Shown piece by piece: positions 1 through 9,699 of a DNA stretch of 64,000 nucleotides (the stretch's first letter is position 1; each line of letters opens with the position of its first letter). This DNA is from Gammaproteobacteria bacterium (lineage in GTDB: Bacteria; Pseudomonadota; Gammaproteobacteria; GCA-001735895), in assembly GCA_024224415.1 (NCBI GenBank), contig JAAENK010000087.1:356-64355 (forward strand), read 5' to 3'. A program made the position numbers and the translations under genes. Under the pieces are notes generated by a model. That model was given only the letters and a program-made list of their open reading frames with translations, had not been told where the DNA came from and searched no databases.

Positions 1-1289
1 CTCATAATAACTATTTGGTCGTTCGGTCGGCAATCTTCCAGCAGCTGCGCTATAACTTGCTCGACATTGGGTTTTATTCGTATAAGTGTAGACTCTGTTG
101 GCTTGATTGCATGGATATCCCACTGAATATTATCGTTTTCACAAAGTAATACCGTATCTGCTGCTGCAATTGAACGGGCAAACTGCGAAGCCTGTACCCC
201 CATTTTCATGGTGTTTGATCGAATATCGATGACGGCGAAAAGTCGACCATGTGTCTGCGCTTTTAGTGCTTTCAACGTCAATTCTATCGCCGTTGGGTGA
301 TGAGCAAAATCGTCGATGATACGAATACCGTCGATTTCGGCAATAATTTCCTGGCGTCGTTTTACCCCTTTGAATTTAGCCAGGGCTTCTAGTGACACGT
401 CGAGAGGTACTCCTGCGTGGCGAGCAGCGAGCGCAGCGGCGGTGGCGTTGAGCGCATTAAAAATACCTTTTTGCTGGAGTTGTAGTGGGTAACCCTCGCC
501 GCTGTCGTTGTCTTTGAGTTGGCTGTCTTGATCAAGACTGAAATCGCTAGCCGAATTTTCCTGAGAAAAACCCAGACATTCACTCCAGCAACCCATCTGC
601 AAAACTTCATCGAGCGCCCGACTATCACGATTGTGAATAATCAAGGCACTGGATGGCATCATGCGTACCAGGTGATGAAACTGGCGTTGAATCGCGGAGA
701 GGTTGTCGAAGATGTCGGCATGATCAAATTCCAGGTTATTCAGCACCAGAGTTTGCGGGTGATAGTGCACAAACTTAGAGCGTTTATCGAATAATGCGGT
801 ATCGTATTCATCGGCTTCGATGACGAAGAATGGGTTCTCACCAAGACGCGCCGATTCGCTGAAATTCTGACTCACGCCACCAATCAGGTATCCGGGTTGC
901 AGGCCAGCGTATTGCAGAATCCAGCACAACATACTGGCGGTTGTGGTCTTGCCGTGCGTACCGGCGACTGCCAGAACCCAGCGATCACGGAGCACGGCTT
1001 CGTATAACCACTGTGGGCCCGAGCAATAGGGGAGTTTGTTATCGAGAATGGCTTCAAACTGCGGATTGCCGCGCGAGACGGCATTGCCGATGATGAACAT
1101 ATCGATGTCATCGCGGAGTGACTTCGGGTCGTATCCCTCATCCAGGTCGATTCCGGCCGCGCTTAGTTGCGTACTCATCGGCGGATAAACATTAGTATCG
1201 GAGCCACAAACCTCGAAACCGCTTTCGCGCGCGAGCAGCGCGATGCCCGCCATAAAAGTGCCACAGATGCCGAGGATATAAATTTTCAA
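1..1289 (-). CDS. mpl: UDP-N-acetylmuramate:L-alanyl-gamma-D-glutamyl-meso-diaminopimelate ligase (Mpl); the C-terminus runs off the window start
   Basis: Absent from the ORF track because there is no stop inside the window. Reverse translation from TTG at 1289 gives MKIYILGICGTFMAGIALLARESGFEVCGSDTNVYPPMSTQL...VAGTHGKTTTASML...FFVIEADEYDTALFDKRSKFVHY...NNLEFDHADIF...MGCWSE...DDFAHHPTAI, collinear with E. coli Mpl. The track ORFs at 389..628 and 884..1141 are off-frame artefacts inside it. Confidence 0.85.
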   Translation of the reverse strand, partial: MKIYILGICGTFMAGIALLARESGFEVCGSDTNVYPPMSTQLSAAGIDLDEGYDPKSLRDDIDMFIIGNAVSRGNPQFEAILDNKLPYCSGPQWLYEAVLRDRWVLAVAGTHGKTTTASMLCWILQYAGLQPGYLIGGVSQNFSESARLGENPFFVIEADEYDTALFDKRSKFVHYHPQTLVLNNLEFDHADIFDNLSAIQRQFHHLVRMMPSSALIIHNRDSRALDEVLQMGCWSECLGFSQENSASDFSLDQDSQLKDNDSGEGYPLQLQQKGIFNALNATAAALAARHAGVPLDVSLEALAKFKGVKRRQEIIAEIDGIRIIDDFAHHPTAIELTLKALKAQTHGRLFAVIDIRSNTMKMGVQASQFARSIAAADTVLLCENDNIQWDIHAIKPTESTLIRIKPNVEQVIAQLLEDCRPNDQIVIM

Positions 1290-1293
1290 CGTA

Positions 1294-1875
1294 TTAAAGC
1301 CAGATGACTGTGAATTGATACAGTACGAAATAGTTAATCGCAATTAATGCCGACATCACCGTATTGATATCGAATGCACGTTTCAGGATTTGTGATAAAA
1401 CTGCCAGGTTCCAGAATATCATGAGCATGGTCAGGTATAACAAGTTACTCTCTATGATGGATTCAGTACTGACACTGCTAATGAATAAATGAATTAAAAG
1501 CAATGATACCGCACTTATGATCAGGTTAACGCCCACCAATGCCGAGCAGGTTTGCAAAAAACGGCTTAGCAACTGTTTCCTTTTCAGACCGACGAACACT
1601 AGCAGTCCCAGCAAGACAAGTTCGAGCAAGATTTGCGCTGTTACCGTGGAAAAGCTGCGATGCTCGTCAACCAGAGCAAAACCCAGCATGAAGTAACAAA
1701 ACATGGTCATCAATATGCAGGGTAGACTGTGTGGCAATCGATCGGGACCCGAAGCGAATACACACATTTGTATATAGTGTTTCAGGCAGAAGAGCCATTG
1801 CCGAAAATAGTAAACCATTAAAATACAAGTGCCGCCATGAAGGTTCGCATCATTACTTACTTGGTCGTCTAACAC
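1294..1875 (-). CDS. Hypothetical polytopic inner-membrane protein; start uncertain, an internal Met is likely
   Basis: The ORF has several hydrophobic helices (LLELVLLGLLVFVGL, LVGVNLIISAVSLLLIHLFI, YLTMLMIFWNLAVL). Its stop lies 4 nt before the mpl start, so the two are probably co-transcribed. I recognised no family. Confidence 0.45.
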   Translation of the reverse strand: MLDDQVSNDANLHGGTCILMVYYFRQWLFCLKHYIQMCVFASGPDRLPHSLPCILMTMFCYFMLGFALVDEHRSFSTVTAQILLELVLLGLLVFVGLKRKQLLSRFLQTCSALVGVNLIISAVSLLLIHLFISSVSTESIIESNLLYLTMLMIFWNLAVLSQILKRAFDINTVMSALIAINYFVLYQFTVIWL

Positions 1876-2030
1876 AACTGCGCGATTGTCGAAAAGTCCT
1901 GTTGTTACCTGGCGATGTGAAGAATTCCTCGGTTTTCAACCATGAGAGCCGATTTGACCAGCAAAAGCTATGTGGAACCCTGCCCAGTTCGCTATAATCA
2001 CGCGAATTTTTAGTGATACCGAATTAAATA

Positions 2031-2951
2031 ATGAGTGCTACGCCCGCAACCGATCTGACGAGCTTTCAGGGCCTGATTCAAACTTTACAAAACTACTGGT
2101 CCGAGCAGGGTTGTGTGATTATGCAACCGCTGGATATGGAGGTCGGTGCCGGTACCTTTCATCCGGCGACTTTCCTGCGGGCGATTGGCCCAGAACCATG
2201 GCGCGCCGCCTATGTGCAACCGAGCAGGCGACCTACCGATGGCCGTTATGGTGAGAATCCAAATCGATTGCAGCATTACTTTCAGTTCCAGGTTTTGTTA
2301 AAGCCCTCCCCCGATAACTTTCAGGAGCTCTATCTTGAATCGCTCAAAACCCTCGGCTTCGATACCCTTGTGCACGATATTCGCTTTGTCGAAGACAATT
2401 GGGAATCACCCACGCTGGGTGCCTGGGGTCTCGGTTGGGAGGTTTGGCTGAACGGTATGGAAGTCACCCAGTTCACCTATTTCCAGCAGGTCGGCGGACT
2501 TGAGTGCCGACCTGTATCGGGTGAAATCACTTACGGTATTGAACGTCTGGCTATGTATATGCAAGGGGTTGACAGTATTTATGACCTGGTCTGGGCAAAT
2601 GGGCCTGATGGGTCAGTTACCTACGGCGATATCTATCTTCAGAATGAAATTGAACAATCCACTTTTAATTTTGAAATTGCCGATACCAGCGAATTGTTTC
2701 ACTGGTTCGACGCTTGCGAAAAGCAAAGCCAGGTTTTGATCGATCAAAAACTACCTTTACCGGCCTACGAACAGGTTATGAAGGCTTCGCATGCCTTTAA
2801 TTTACTCGACGCACGTCATGCCATTTCAGTCACCGAGCGCCAGCGTTTCATCCTGCGGGTGCGCACTCTGTCGCGGGCAGTGGCGCAGGCTTATTATGAA
2901 TCGCGCGAAAACCTTGGCTTTCCTTTGCTAAAGGAGGTCGGCAATGTTTAG
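2031..2951 (+). CDS. glyQ: Glycine--tRNA ligase alpha subunit
   Basis: 306 aa with canonical GlyQ blocks ([51 protein letters not shown]). It overlaps glyS by 8 nt. Confidence 0.97.
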   Translation: MSATPATDLTSFQGLIQTLQNYWSEQGCVIMQPLDMEVGAGTFHPATFLRAIGPEPWRAAYVQPSRRPTDGRYGENPNRLQHYFQFQVLLKPSPDNFQELYLESLKTLGFDTLVHDIRFVEDNWESPTLGAWGLGWEVWLNGMEVTQFTYFQQVGGLECRPVSGEITYGIERLAMYMQGVDSIYDLVWANGPDGSVTYGDIYLQNEIEQSTFNFEIADTSELFHWFDACEKQSQVLIDQKLPLPAYEQVMKASHAFNLLDARHAISVTERQRFILRVRTLSRAVAQAYYESRENLGFPLLKEVGNV

Positions 2952-5013
2952 TGATTGTCTGATTGAATTGGGCACCGAGGAGCTGCCGCCCAAAGTGCTA
3001 AAATCGCTATCGCAGGATTTTGCCGAGCTGATGAGCAAGGCGCTCGAAGACGTCGGGCTTAGGCCGCCCTCGGTAGAGGCTTTTGCCACACCGCGTCGGT
3101 TGGCATTACTGTTTCGTGATTTACCGCTGCAACAATCCGACCAGTCCATCGAAAAACGTGGACCAGCGCTTAAGGCGGCCTACGATGCGGATGGTAACCC
3201 CAGCAAAGCCGCACAGGGTTTTGCCAGATCCTGTGGCGTGCAGGTCGAGCAGTTGACGCAGCGCGAAACCGATAAAGGCGCCTGGTTGTATTTCGAGAAC
3301 ACGGAGCCAGGATTAAGTCTGGATGAATTGTTGCCCGAGATGTTGAACCAGGTATTAGTGCGTCTACCTGTTCCCAAACGCATGCGCTGGGGAGAAGGTG
3401 ATGCCGAGTTTGTACGCCCGTTGAAATGGTTAGTGATAATGATTGGCGATAGTCTGGTCAAAGCCAATATCTTTGGCGTCGACTCGACGATTTATAGTTA
3501 TGGTCACCGCTTTCATGCCCCAGGCAAAATTGAGATAGGGCAGGCAGGTGAGTACGAAATCACGTTGCTGTCGCAGGGCCTGGTGATGACTAGTTTTGAA
3601 AAACGCCAGAAGACCATTCGTACGCTGGTGGAAAAAACCGCCAGTCGACTCGGCGGCGTTGCTCATATAGAAAACGCCTTACTCGAAGAAGTTACCGCGC
3701 TAGTGGAATACCCGGTCGCTATTAGTGGTGAGTTCGACGTGGAGTTTTTGAAAGTGCCGCAGGAAGCGCTGGTTATGACCATGCAGGATAATCAAAAATA
3801 TTTTGCGGTTTTCGACGAGAAGCAAAAATTAATGCCTTATTTCATTACTATATCTAACGTCGATAGTAAAAAACCCGAAGTCGTAGCACGCGGTAACGAG
3901 CGCGTCATTCGTCCCCGCTTTGCGGATGCCCAGTTCTTTTTTCTGCAAGATCAGAAACAGGCTTTATCGGCCTTGCGCGACAGACTGGACCGGGTTGTTT
4001 TTCAGGAGCAGCTCGGTAGTATCGGCGATAAGGTGGAGAGAGTGGCGACACTCGCTGGCAGCATCGCCGAACAGGTCGGTGCCGACATGACGCTGGTACA
4101 ACAGGCCGCACAATTGTGTAAGTGTGATCTGATGACTGAAATGGTTGGCGAGTTTCCAAAACTACAGGGTGTGATGGGGCGTTATTACGCTGAACATGAC
4201 CAAATGCCGGCATTGGTTAGTTCGGCTATCGAACAACATTACTGGCCCAGATACGCCGGCGACGAATTGCCACAAAGTGATGTCGCTCAGTGTCTGGCAC
4301 TGGCCGACAGGCTCGATAGTCTGGTGGGCATTTTTGCGATTGGACAGAAACCCAGTGGTGTAAAAGATCCGTTCGCTTTACGCCGGGCGGCGCTGGCTGT
4401 TGTCAGAATATTGATTGAGCAGGACTTACCACTCGATATCTACCAGCTTTGCCAGGTTGCCGCGCAAAGCTTATCGGACAAAGTTGAAGCAGATGCGGTT
4501 GTCGATGATGTGGTTGATTATATCTTCGACCGGCTCAAGTCGTATTATCAGGAGCAGGGTATCGCTTACGATATTGTCGATGCGGTACTCGCGGTTAAGT
4601 CGACGCTACTGAACGATTGTGACCGGCGCGTACAGGCCTTGCACCAGTTTCAAAGCCACGATGCTGCATTGGCGCTTGCGGCGGCGAACAAGCGTATTAG
4701 TAATATTTTAAAAAAGCAGGTGCTGACCGAGATGCCTGTTATCGATCAGGCCCTGTTTAGCGAGACGGCTGAAAAACAATTGAGTGAGCAGATCGATCAG
4801 TTACGTTACAAGGCCGAAGACCTGTTTACCAAGGGTAGCTATTTGGAAGGCCTGGAGTTGCTCGCACAATTACGCCCTGCGGTTGATCAGTTTTTTGACG
4901 ATGTGATGGTGATGGTGGAAGACCCGGCGCTTAAAAATAATCGTCTAGCCTTGCTCGATCAGTTGCTGCAGTGTTTTCGACAGGTAGCCGATTTTTCCCG
5001 GGTACAATCATGA
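2944..5013 (+). CDS. glyS: Glycine--tRNA ligase beta subunit
   Basis: 689 aa. The N-terminus [12 protein letters not shown], the blocks ATPRRLA and RMRWG, and the position after glyQ all fit GlyS. Confidence 0.97.
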   Translation: MFSDCLIELGTEELPPKVLKSLSQDFAELMSKALEDVGLRPPSVEAFATPRRLALLFRDLPLQQSDQSIEKRGPALKAAYDADGNPSKAAQGFARSCGVQVEQLTQRETDKGAWLYFENTEPGLSLDELLPEMLNQVLVRLPVPKRMRWGEGDAEFVRPLKWLVIMIGDSLVKANIFGVDSTIYSYGHRFHAPGKIEIGQAGEYEITLLSQGLVMTSFEKRQKTIRTLVEKTASRLGGVAHIENALLEEVTALVEYPVAISGEFDVEFLKVPQEALVMTMQDNQKYFAVFDEKQKLMPYFITISNVDSKKPEVVARGNERVIRPRFADAQFFFLQDQKQALSALRDRLDRVVFQEQLGSIGDKVERVATLAGSIAEQVGADMTLVQQAAQLCKCDLMTEMVGEFPKLQGVMGRYYAEHDQMPALVSSAIEQHYWPRYAGDELPQSDVAQCLALADRLDSLVGIFAIGQKPSGVKDPFALRRAALAVVRILIEQDLPLDIYQLCQVAAQSLSDKVEADAVVDDVVDYIFDRLKSYYQEQGIAYDIVDAVLAVKSTLLNDCDRRVQALHQFQSHDAALALAAANKRISNILKKQVLTEMPVIDQALFSETAEKQLSEQIDQLRYKAEDLFTKGSYLEGLELLAQLRPAVDQFFDDVMVMVEDPALKNNRLALLDQLLQCFRQVADFSRVQS

Positions 5014-5058
5014 CAATCGCTACAATAAAAAAATATCCAGAATAGTGGGGTAATAGTA

Positions 5059-5601
5059 ATGGCACGTATGGTGATTCTGGATCGAGATGGTGTAATTAAC
5101 CAGGACTCGGATGAATATATCAAATCGGCTGACGAGTGGACGCCTCTTCCCGGTGCACTCGAAGCGATCAGTCGATTAAAAAAAGCGGGTTATCTGGTAA
5201 CGGTTGCCAGCAACCAGTCGGGTATTGCGCGAGGGCTTTTCAGCGAAGACGAGTTACACAAAATTCACGATAAATTGAGGCAACAACTGGCAATCCGGGG
5301 TACTGAAATCGATGGTATTTATTACTGCCCGCATGGCCCGAGAGACAATTGTATCTGTCGGAAGCCAAAACCGGGGTTGCTGATGCAAATTGCCCAGAAA
5401 TTTGAAATTAATCTCGCTGAGACCCTGTTTGTGGGTGATGACATCGGTGATATCAATGCTGCAAAAATGGCAAATGCTAAACCTGTATTGGTACGCACCG
5501 GCAAGGGTGAATACGTCATGCAAAATTTTCCCGAAGCAGTCAACGTGCCGGTTTACGATGATCTGGCCCATTTCGTGCGCGAAACCCTGAAGAGGCGATA
5601 A
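5059..5601 (+). CDS. gmhB: D-glycero-beta-D-manno-heptose-1,7-bisphosphate 7-phosphatase (HAD-IIIA)
   Basis: Carries the HAD motif ILDRDGVIN, the Zn-loop CPHGPRDNCICRKP and FVGDDIGDI. Sits in the glyQS-gmhB-acyltransferase synteny known from Pseudomonas. Confidence 0.85.
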   Translation: MARMVILDRDGVINQDSDEYIKSADEWTPLPGALEAISRLKKAGYLVTVASNQSGIARGLFSEDELHKIHDKLRQQLAIRGTEIDGIYYCPHGPRDNCICRKPKPGLLMQIAQKFEINLAETLFVGDDIGDINAAKMANAKPVLVRTGKGEYVMQNFPEAVNVPVYDDLAHFVRETLKRR

Positions 5602-5605
5602 ATCT

Positions 5606-6388
5606 TTGTATAAGCTCTGGTTAGGTTTTCGATCCATCCTGTTCTGGGTTGCTTTCATGGTGGTAATGCTGAGCGTCGCATTAGTTTTATCGCTGTCGAT
5701 CTGGTCACCATTAGGCTGGCGCATTGCCTGGATTAAGCTCTGGATTAACAGCAGTTTGTTTTTCTTGCGAGTTTTCTGCGGGCTTCGTTATGAGGTCGAA
5801 GGCCGGCAAAATATCCCCGAGCATGGTTTTATTGTGATGAGCAAACATAGCTCCACCTGGGAAACCATCGCATTGCAAAAGTTTTTCGATCCGATGGTTT
5901 GGGTGGTAAAGCGTGAACTTACACGGATACCTTTCTTTGGCTGGGGTCTAATTGCGATGAATGCGATAGCGCTGGATCGCAGTTCTGGGCGTCAGGCCAT
6001 CAAACAACTGGTTAGTGAGAGTAAAAAACGCATGGATGAGGGGCGAATTCTGATGCTGTTTCCGGAAGGCACACGGGTTATGTCTGGCGAGAAAAAACCT
6101 TTCAAAATCGGCGGCGCCATCGTTTCCAAAAAAACCGGTTACGCGGTTTTGCCGGTGGCGCATAATGCCGGTGAATTCTGGCCACGCCATAGCTGGATTA
6201 AATGGCCGGGTAAGATACGTGTTGTAATCGGTGAGCCGATTAATCCCGAGGGTAAAAAAGCCGAACAAATTATTGCTAAAGTCGAAGACTGGATTACTAT
6301 AACCTGTAGTCGTATTAGCGACCATCAGCAACTTGCCAGATTGGGTATTAGCGTTCAGGCGGCTGACGAAGAAGGACAGGCGGATTAG
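5606..6388 (+). CDS. plsC: 1-acyl-sn-glycerol-3-phosphate acyltransferase family protein (TTG start)
   Basis: Has an N-terminal TM segment, an acyltransferase block KHSSTWET (HX4D/E-type) and the FPEGTR motif. Synteny after gmhB supports the call. Confidence 0.75.
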   Translation: MYKLWLGFRSILFWVAFMVVMLSVALVLSLSIWSPLGWRIAWIKLWINSSLFFLRVFCGLRYEVEGRQNIPEHGFIVMSKHSSTWETIALQKFFDPMVWVVKRELTRIPFFGWGLIAMNAIALDRSSGRQAIKQLVSESKKRMDEGRILMLFPEGTRVMSGEKKPFKIGGAIVSKKTGYAVLPVAHNAGEFWPRHSWIKWPGKIRVVIGEPINPEGKKAEQIIAKVEDWITITCSRISDHQQLARLGISVQAADEEGQAD

Positions 6389-7031
6389 TTTTCCCAGACT
6401 AATAGCGTTGGTGGCGCTACTATTGGTGATACCAAATGTGTATGCCGTCTGGACAGGTATATCGGCCAGCATTAACGAAGTGGAAAGCGTCTGGTTGTTT
6501 GAAAGTAGTGAGCGCAATGCCAGCATTACTCGGCTTAACATGCATTTGGAGGAGCGCACTAGCTATGGTCTCGGCGTTGGCGCTAATATCGGCCAATTGA
6601 CAGCCCGTCTCAGCAATATTAGTGGTCCACAAAATACGGTAAAATTTGATGCCAGCTATTTCGGCGTTTACCTACGTTACCCGGTACCACTGGGTGGGCA
6701 TTTTTTGTTGCAAAGCAGGCTTGGTTATCAGTATAACTCAGGGACGCAATACGGTAGCGATGATGAAGATGCCATCGAGTGGCGTGAATTTGATTTTGAA
6801 CTTGGCTTTGCTGCTCGATTCGGTAATGTTCGGGTTACCCCTTTTGTAGTTTATAGCAATGTCAGCGGTGATATTAGCGGCGATACCGGAACCGATACGT
6901 TTGAAAATGACGAAGGCGTCAGCGCTGGATTGAGTTTTGATTTATTTGTCGAGCCCACTGGTTTTATGCGGCTGCGCCTGACCCGCGGTGAGCAGGATGC
7001 GGCGGCGTTGATTTTTGCGCGTGAGTTTTAA
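6333..7031 (+). CDS. Putative outer-membrane beta-barrel protein; start uncertain, possibly near 6400
   Basis: A signal-like segment LIALVALLLVIPNVYA is followed by alternating aromatic/polar beta-strand patterns. The C-terminus ends ...LIFAREF, and a terminal Phe is typical of OMPs. The annotated ATG overlaps plsC by 56 nt. Confidence 0.45.
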   Translation: MPDWVLAFRRLTKKDRRISFPRLIALVALLLVIPNVYAVWTGISASINEVESVWLFESSERNASITRLNMHLEERTSYGLGVGANIGQLTARLSNISGPQNTVKFDASYFGVYLRYPVPLGGHFLLQSRLGYQYNSGTQYGSDDEDAIEWREFDFELGFAARFGNVRVTPFVVYSNVSGDISGDTGTDTFENDEGVSAGLSFDLFVEPTGFMRLRLTRGEQDAAALIFAREF

Positions 7032-7032
7032 T

Positions 7033-7755
7033 TCAACCCGTTTTCCCAGGCTTTGAGTACTCGTCCCTGCTCTTTTCAATACTATCGACAAGTTCATCAA
7101 TTTTACTTTGATCATATTCTCGTAGCCCGCTAAGTACCATTTTTTTCTGTCCTTTGCCTGTTTGTTCACCATTGCTGAACAAATTAAAATTGAGTGCGAC
7201 TTCACCACGCTTGCCATAGATACGGAATTCACTACTGGCGTGCTCCAGAGAGACCGATTCCATCTCCAGGGTTTCCAGAGATATGCGCATATGATCGTAA
7301 ATAACCAAAGGCCTATCGGTATTAATCATTGTATTGTGCTCTTTCATCAGTGGCACCAGCACATGCGGGAAGCTGTGGCCTGAAAATTCAACACATCGTT
7401 GTGTTAATGACTTAATCAATTCAGGGTTTCGACTGATTTCACCGTTACTGGAAACATCCAGGAACTTCTTATCATTTAAATCGTAAATGGAAATCTCACG
7501 TGCTTTGGTCTGTGGTAATACCAGTGTGACATCTTCATCGACCATGCCGGAAAATGAAAACCCCATTGTTTGTCTAAGGCCATAATGCTGAATGATGACA
7601 GCAAATAATAGATCGCCTGGTACGCAGAAACGTTTTGCGTCAATATTGTGCAACTGATTGAAATCACCCGCGACAGTTTTGGCGAATTCACTGGCCTGTT
7701 CGCGGTTGAAAGATAATTTATTGCCATCGAGTTGGTAGTAATTTTCTATATTCAT
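7033..7755 (-). CDS. Conserved hypothetical protein with a MaoC/hot-dog-like N-terminal motif (DUF3581-like)
   Basis: 240 aa. FAKTVAGDFNQLHNIDAKRFCVPGDLLFAV resembles the MaoC hydratase signature G-D-x-N-P-[LIV]-H. The family name is from memory only. Confidence 0.4.
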   Translation of the reverse strand: MNIENYYQLDGNKLSFNREQASEFAKTVAGDFNQLHNIDAKRFCVPGDLLFAVIIQHYGLRQTMGFSFSGMVDEDVTLVLPQTKAREISIYDLNDKKFLDVSSNGEISRNPELIKSLTQRCVEFSGHSFPHVLVPLMKEHNTMINTDRPLVIYDHMRISLETLEMESVSLEHASSEFRIYGKRGEVALNFNLFSNGEQTGKGQKKMVLSGLREYDQSKIDELVDSIEKSRDEYSKPGKTG

Positions 7756-7851
7756 GCGCTACACTAACGATTGTTGTTGACGCTATGTTAACGTATTTTG
7801 ATTCTCTCGCCGAGAATCTTTCGAATTCAGACCAGAAGCCATCCTGTCCCA

Positions 7852-9699
7852 ATGTTGAAATTTGCCGATTTAGCTCTGCGCCGTGGCGCTTCACTACTAT
7901 TTGAGGGTGTCACATTCACGGTTCACACCGGGCAAAAGGTGGGGTTGACCGGAGCAAATGGTTCCGGGAAATCATCGTTGTTTTCGCTAATTCGGGGTGA
8001 TTTGTCCCCCGATCAGGGTGATTTTTCCAAACCTGCCGGTTGGCGTATCGCCGAGGTGGTGCAGGAAACCCAACTTAGTCAGCAAGCTGCGGTTGAGTAT
8101 GTAATCGATGGCGATACCGAATTACGGCAGGTGCAGCAGCGTCTGACGTTGGCCGAAGCGAATCATCATGCTGATGAAATTTCCCAATGTCATATCCGGC
8201 TTGAGGAAATCGACGGTTATCAGGCGCATAGTCGTGCGGCGATATTGCTCTCGGGTCTCGGATTCGAGGATGGAGAAATCGATAAGCCGCTAGCCCAGTT
8301 TTCCGGTGGCTGGGTTATGCGCTTGAATCTGGCGCGGGCATTAATGTGTCGCTCCGATTTATTATTACTTGATGAGCCGACTAACCATCTCGATCTCGAT
8401 GCGGTTATCTGGTTGGAACAGTGGCTAAAGCGTTATCGCGGTACTTTGTTACTGATCTCGCATGATCGTGATTTCCTCGATGCGGTAATCGGTCACATAG
8501 CGCATGTCGAGCAACAGGGTATCCGTCTCTATACCGGCAATTACTCCGCATTTGAAGAGCAGCGAGCGGAACGACTGGCGCAACAACAAGTGAGCTATGT
8601 GAAACAGCAACAGTCGATTGCGCATATGCAGAGCTTCATCGACCGCTTCAAGGCTAAAGCTACCAAGGCGAAACAGGCACAGAGCCGTATCAAGGCACTG
8701 GAGCGTATGCAACGCATAGGCCCAGCGCATATCGACTCACCGTTTCGATTTCACTTTAAAGCACCGAAAGCTATGCCGACTTCGTTGTTGCGCATCGACC
8801 ATGCCTCGGTTGGCTACGGCGAATTGACGGTTTTGAAACAAATTAATTTCTCACTGATACCCGGCGAGCGTATCGGTTTGCTGGGATTAAATGGCGCGGG
8901 AAAATCGACCCTGATTAAACTTCTGGCAGGTGAGATTGAACTGCAAAGTGGCCAGATGGATCGATCAAAAGATTTGAAAGTTGGTTATTTTGCACAACAC
9001 CAGGTCGAACAGCTCGATGCCGAAGCCAGCGCCTTTCTGATAATGCAACGTCTCGATGAAAAGCTTAGCGAGCGACAAATCAGGACTTATCTGGGCGGCT
9101 TTAATTTTAGTAACGACAAAGTGTTGCAAAATGTAGGTTCATTTTCCGGAGGTGAAAAGGCAAGGCTTGTGCTTGCATTGATCATCTGGCAAAGCCCGAA
9201 TCTGCTCTTGCTCGATGAGCCGACCAACCACCTCGATCTGGAAATGCGCCTGGCTTTAAACCAGGCGTTACAGGGATTTGAAGGCAGTGTCATTCTGGTC
9301 TCGCACGATCGCCATCTATTGCGCAGTGTGAGTGATGATTTATGGCTGGTGGACGATGGCAGCTTGCAGCCTTTCAACGACGATATCGATGCTTATCCGC
9401 GCTGGCTGGCGGTACGCAAATCGGGGAAGCCAAAAATAGTTAAAAAGGTTGTCACAGCCTCGCTCGAACCCGACAGAAAACCGCAGATGAAAAGGTTAAA
9501 AAGAGTGGAAAGAGAGGTTGAAAAACTCAGTAAGCAAAAACAAATGCTCGAACAAACTCTGGCGGATAACTCAATTTACGAGGCAGAAAACAAGCTGAAG
9601 CTAAACGAAGTGCTGGCGCAACAAGCGACCATACAACGTGACTTGCAACAACTGGAAGAAGAGTGGTTTGAACTTAGCGAAGTGCTGGAAACCGGTTAG
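7852..9699 (+). CDS. yheS: ABC-F family ATPase YheS (two ABC domains with a linker and a C-terminal coiled coil)
   Basis: Near-collinear with E. coli YheS (GLTGANGSGKSS, FSGGWVMRLNLARAL, LLLLDEPTNHLDLDAVIWLE, RFKAKATKAKQAQSRIKALERM, second Walker A GLNGAGKST). I chose the start at MLKFADLALRRG rather than the upstream TTG at 7798. Confidence 0.9.
   Translation: MLKFADLALRRGASLLFEGVTFTVHTGQKVGLTGANGSGKSSLFSLIRGDLSPDQGDFSKPAGWRIAEVVQETQLSQQAAVEYVIDGDTELRQVQQRLTLAEANHHADEISQCHIRLEEIDGYQAHSRAAILLSGLGFEDGEIDKPLAQFSGGWVMRLNLARALMCRSDLLLLDEPTNHLDLDAVIWLEQWLKRYRGTLLLISHDRDFLDAVIGHIAHVEQQGIRLYTGNYSAFEEQRAERLAQQQVSYVKQQQSIAHMQSFIDRFKAKATKAKQAQSRIKALERMQRIGPAHIDSPFRFHFKAPKAMPTSLLRIDHASVGYGELTVLKQINFSLIPGERIGLLGLNGAGKSTLIKLLAGEIELQSGQMDRSKDLKVGYFAQHQVEQLDAEASAFLIMQRLDEKLSERQIRTYLGGFNFSNDKVLQNVGSFSGGEKARLVLALIIWQSPNLLLLDEPTNHLDLEMRLALNQALQGFEGSVILVSHDRHLLRSVSDDLWLVDDGSLQPFNDDIDAYPRWLAVRKSGKPKIVKKVVTASLEPDRKPQMKRLKRVEREVEKLSKQKQMLEQTLADNSIYEAENKLKLNEVLAQQATIQRDLQQLEEEWFELSEVLETG

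Noticed and set aside
9696-9699. Convergent gene-end overlaps: yheS/recQ share TTAG/CTAA stop codons, and ilvY/panE overlap by 21 nt.
   Set aside because: Small convergent overlaps are common in compact bacterial genomes and need no special mechanism. I note them only because no terminator separates the pairs.
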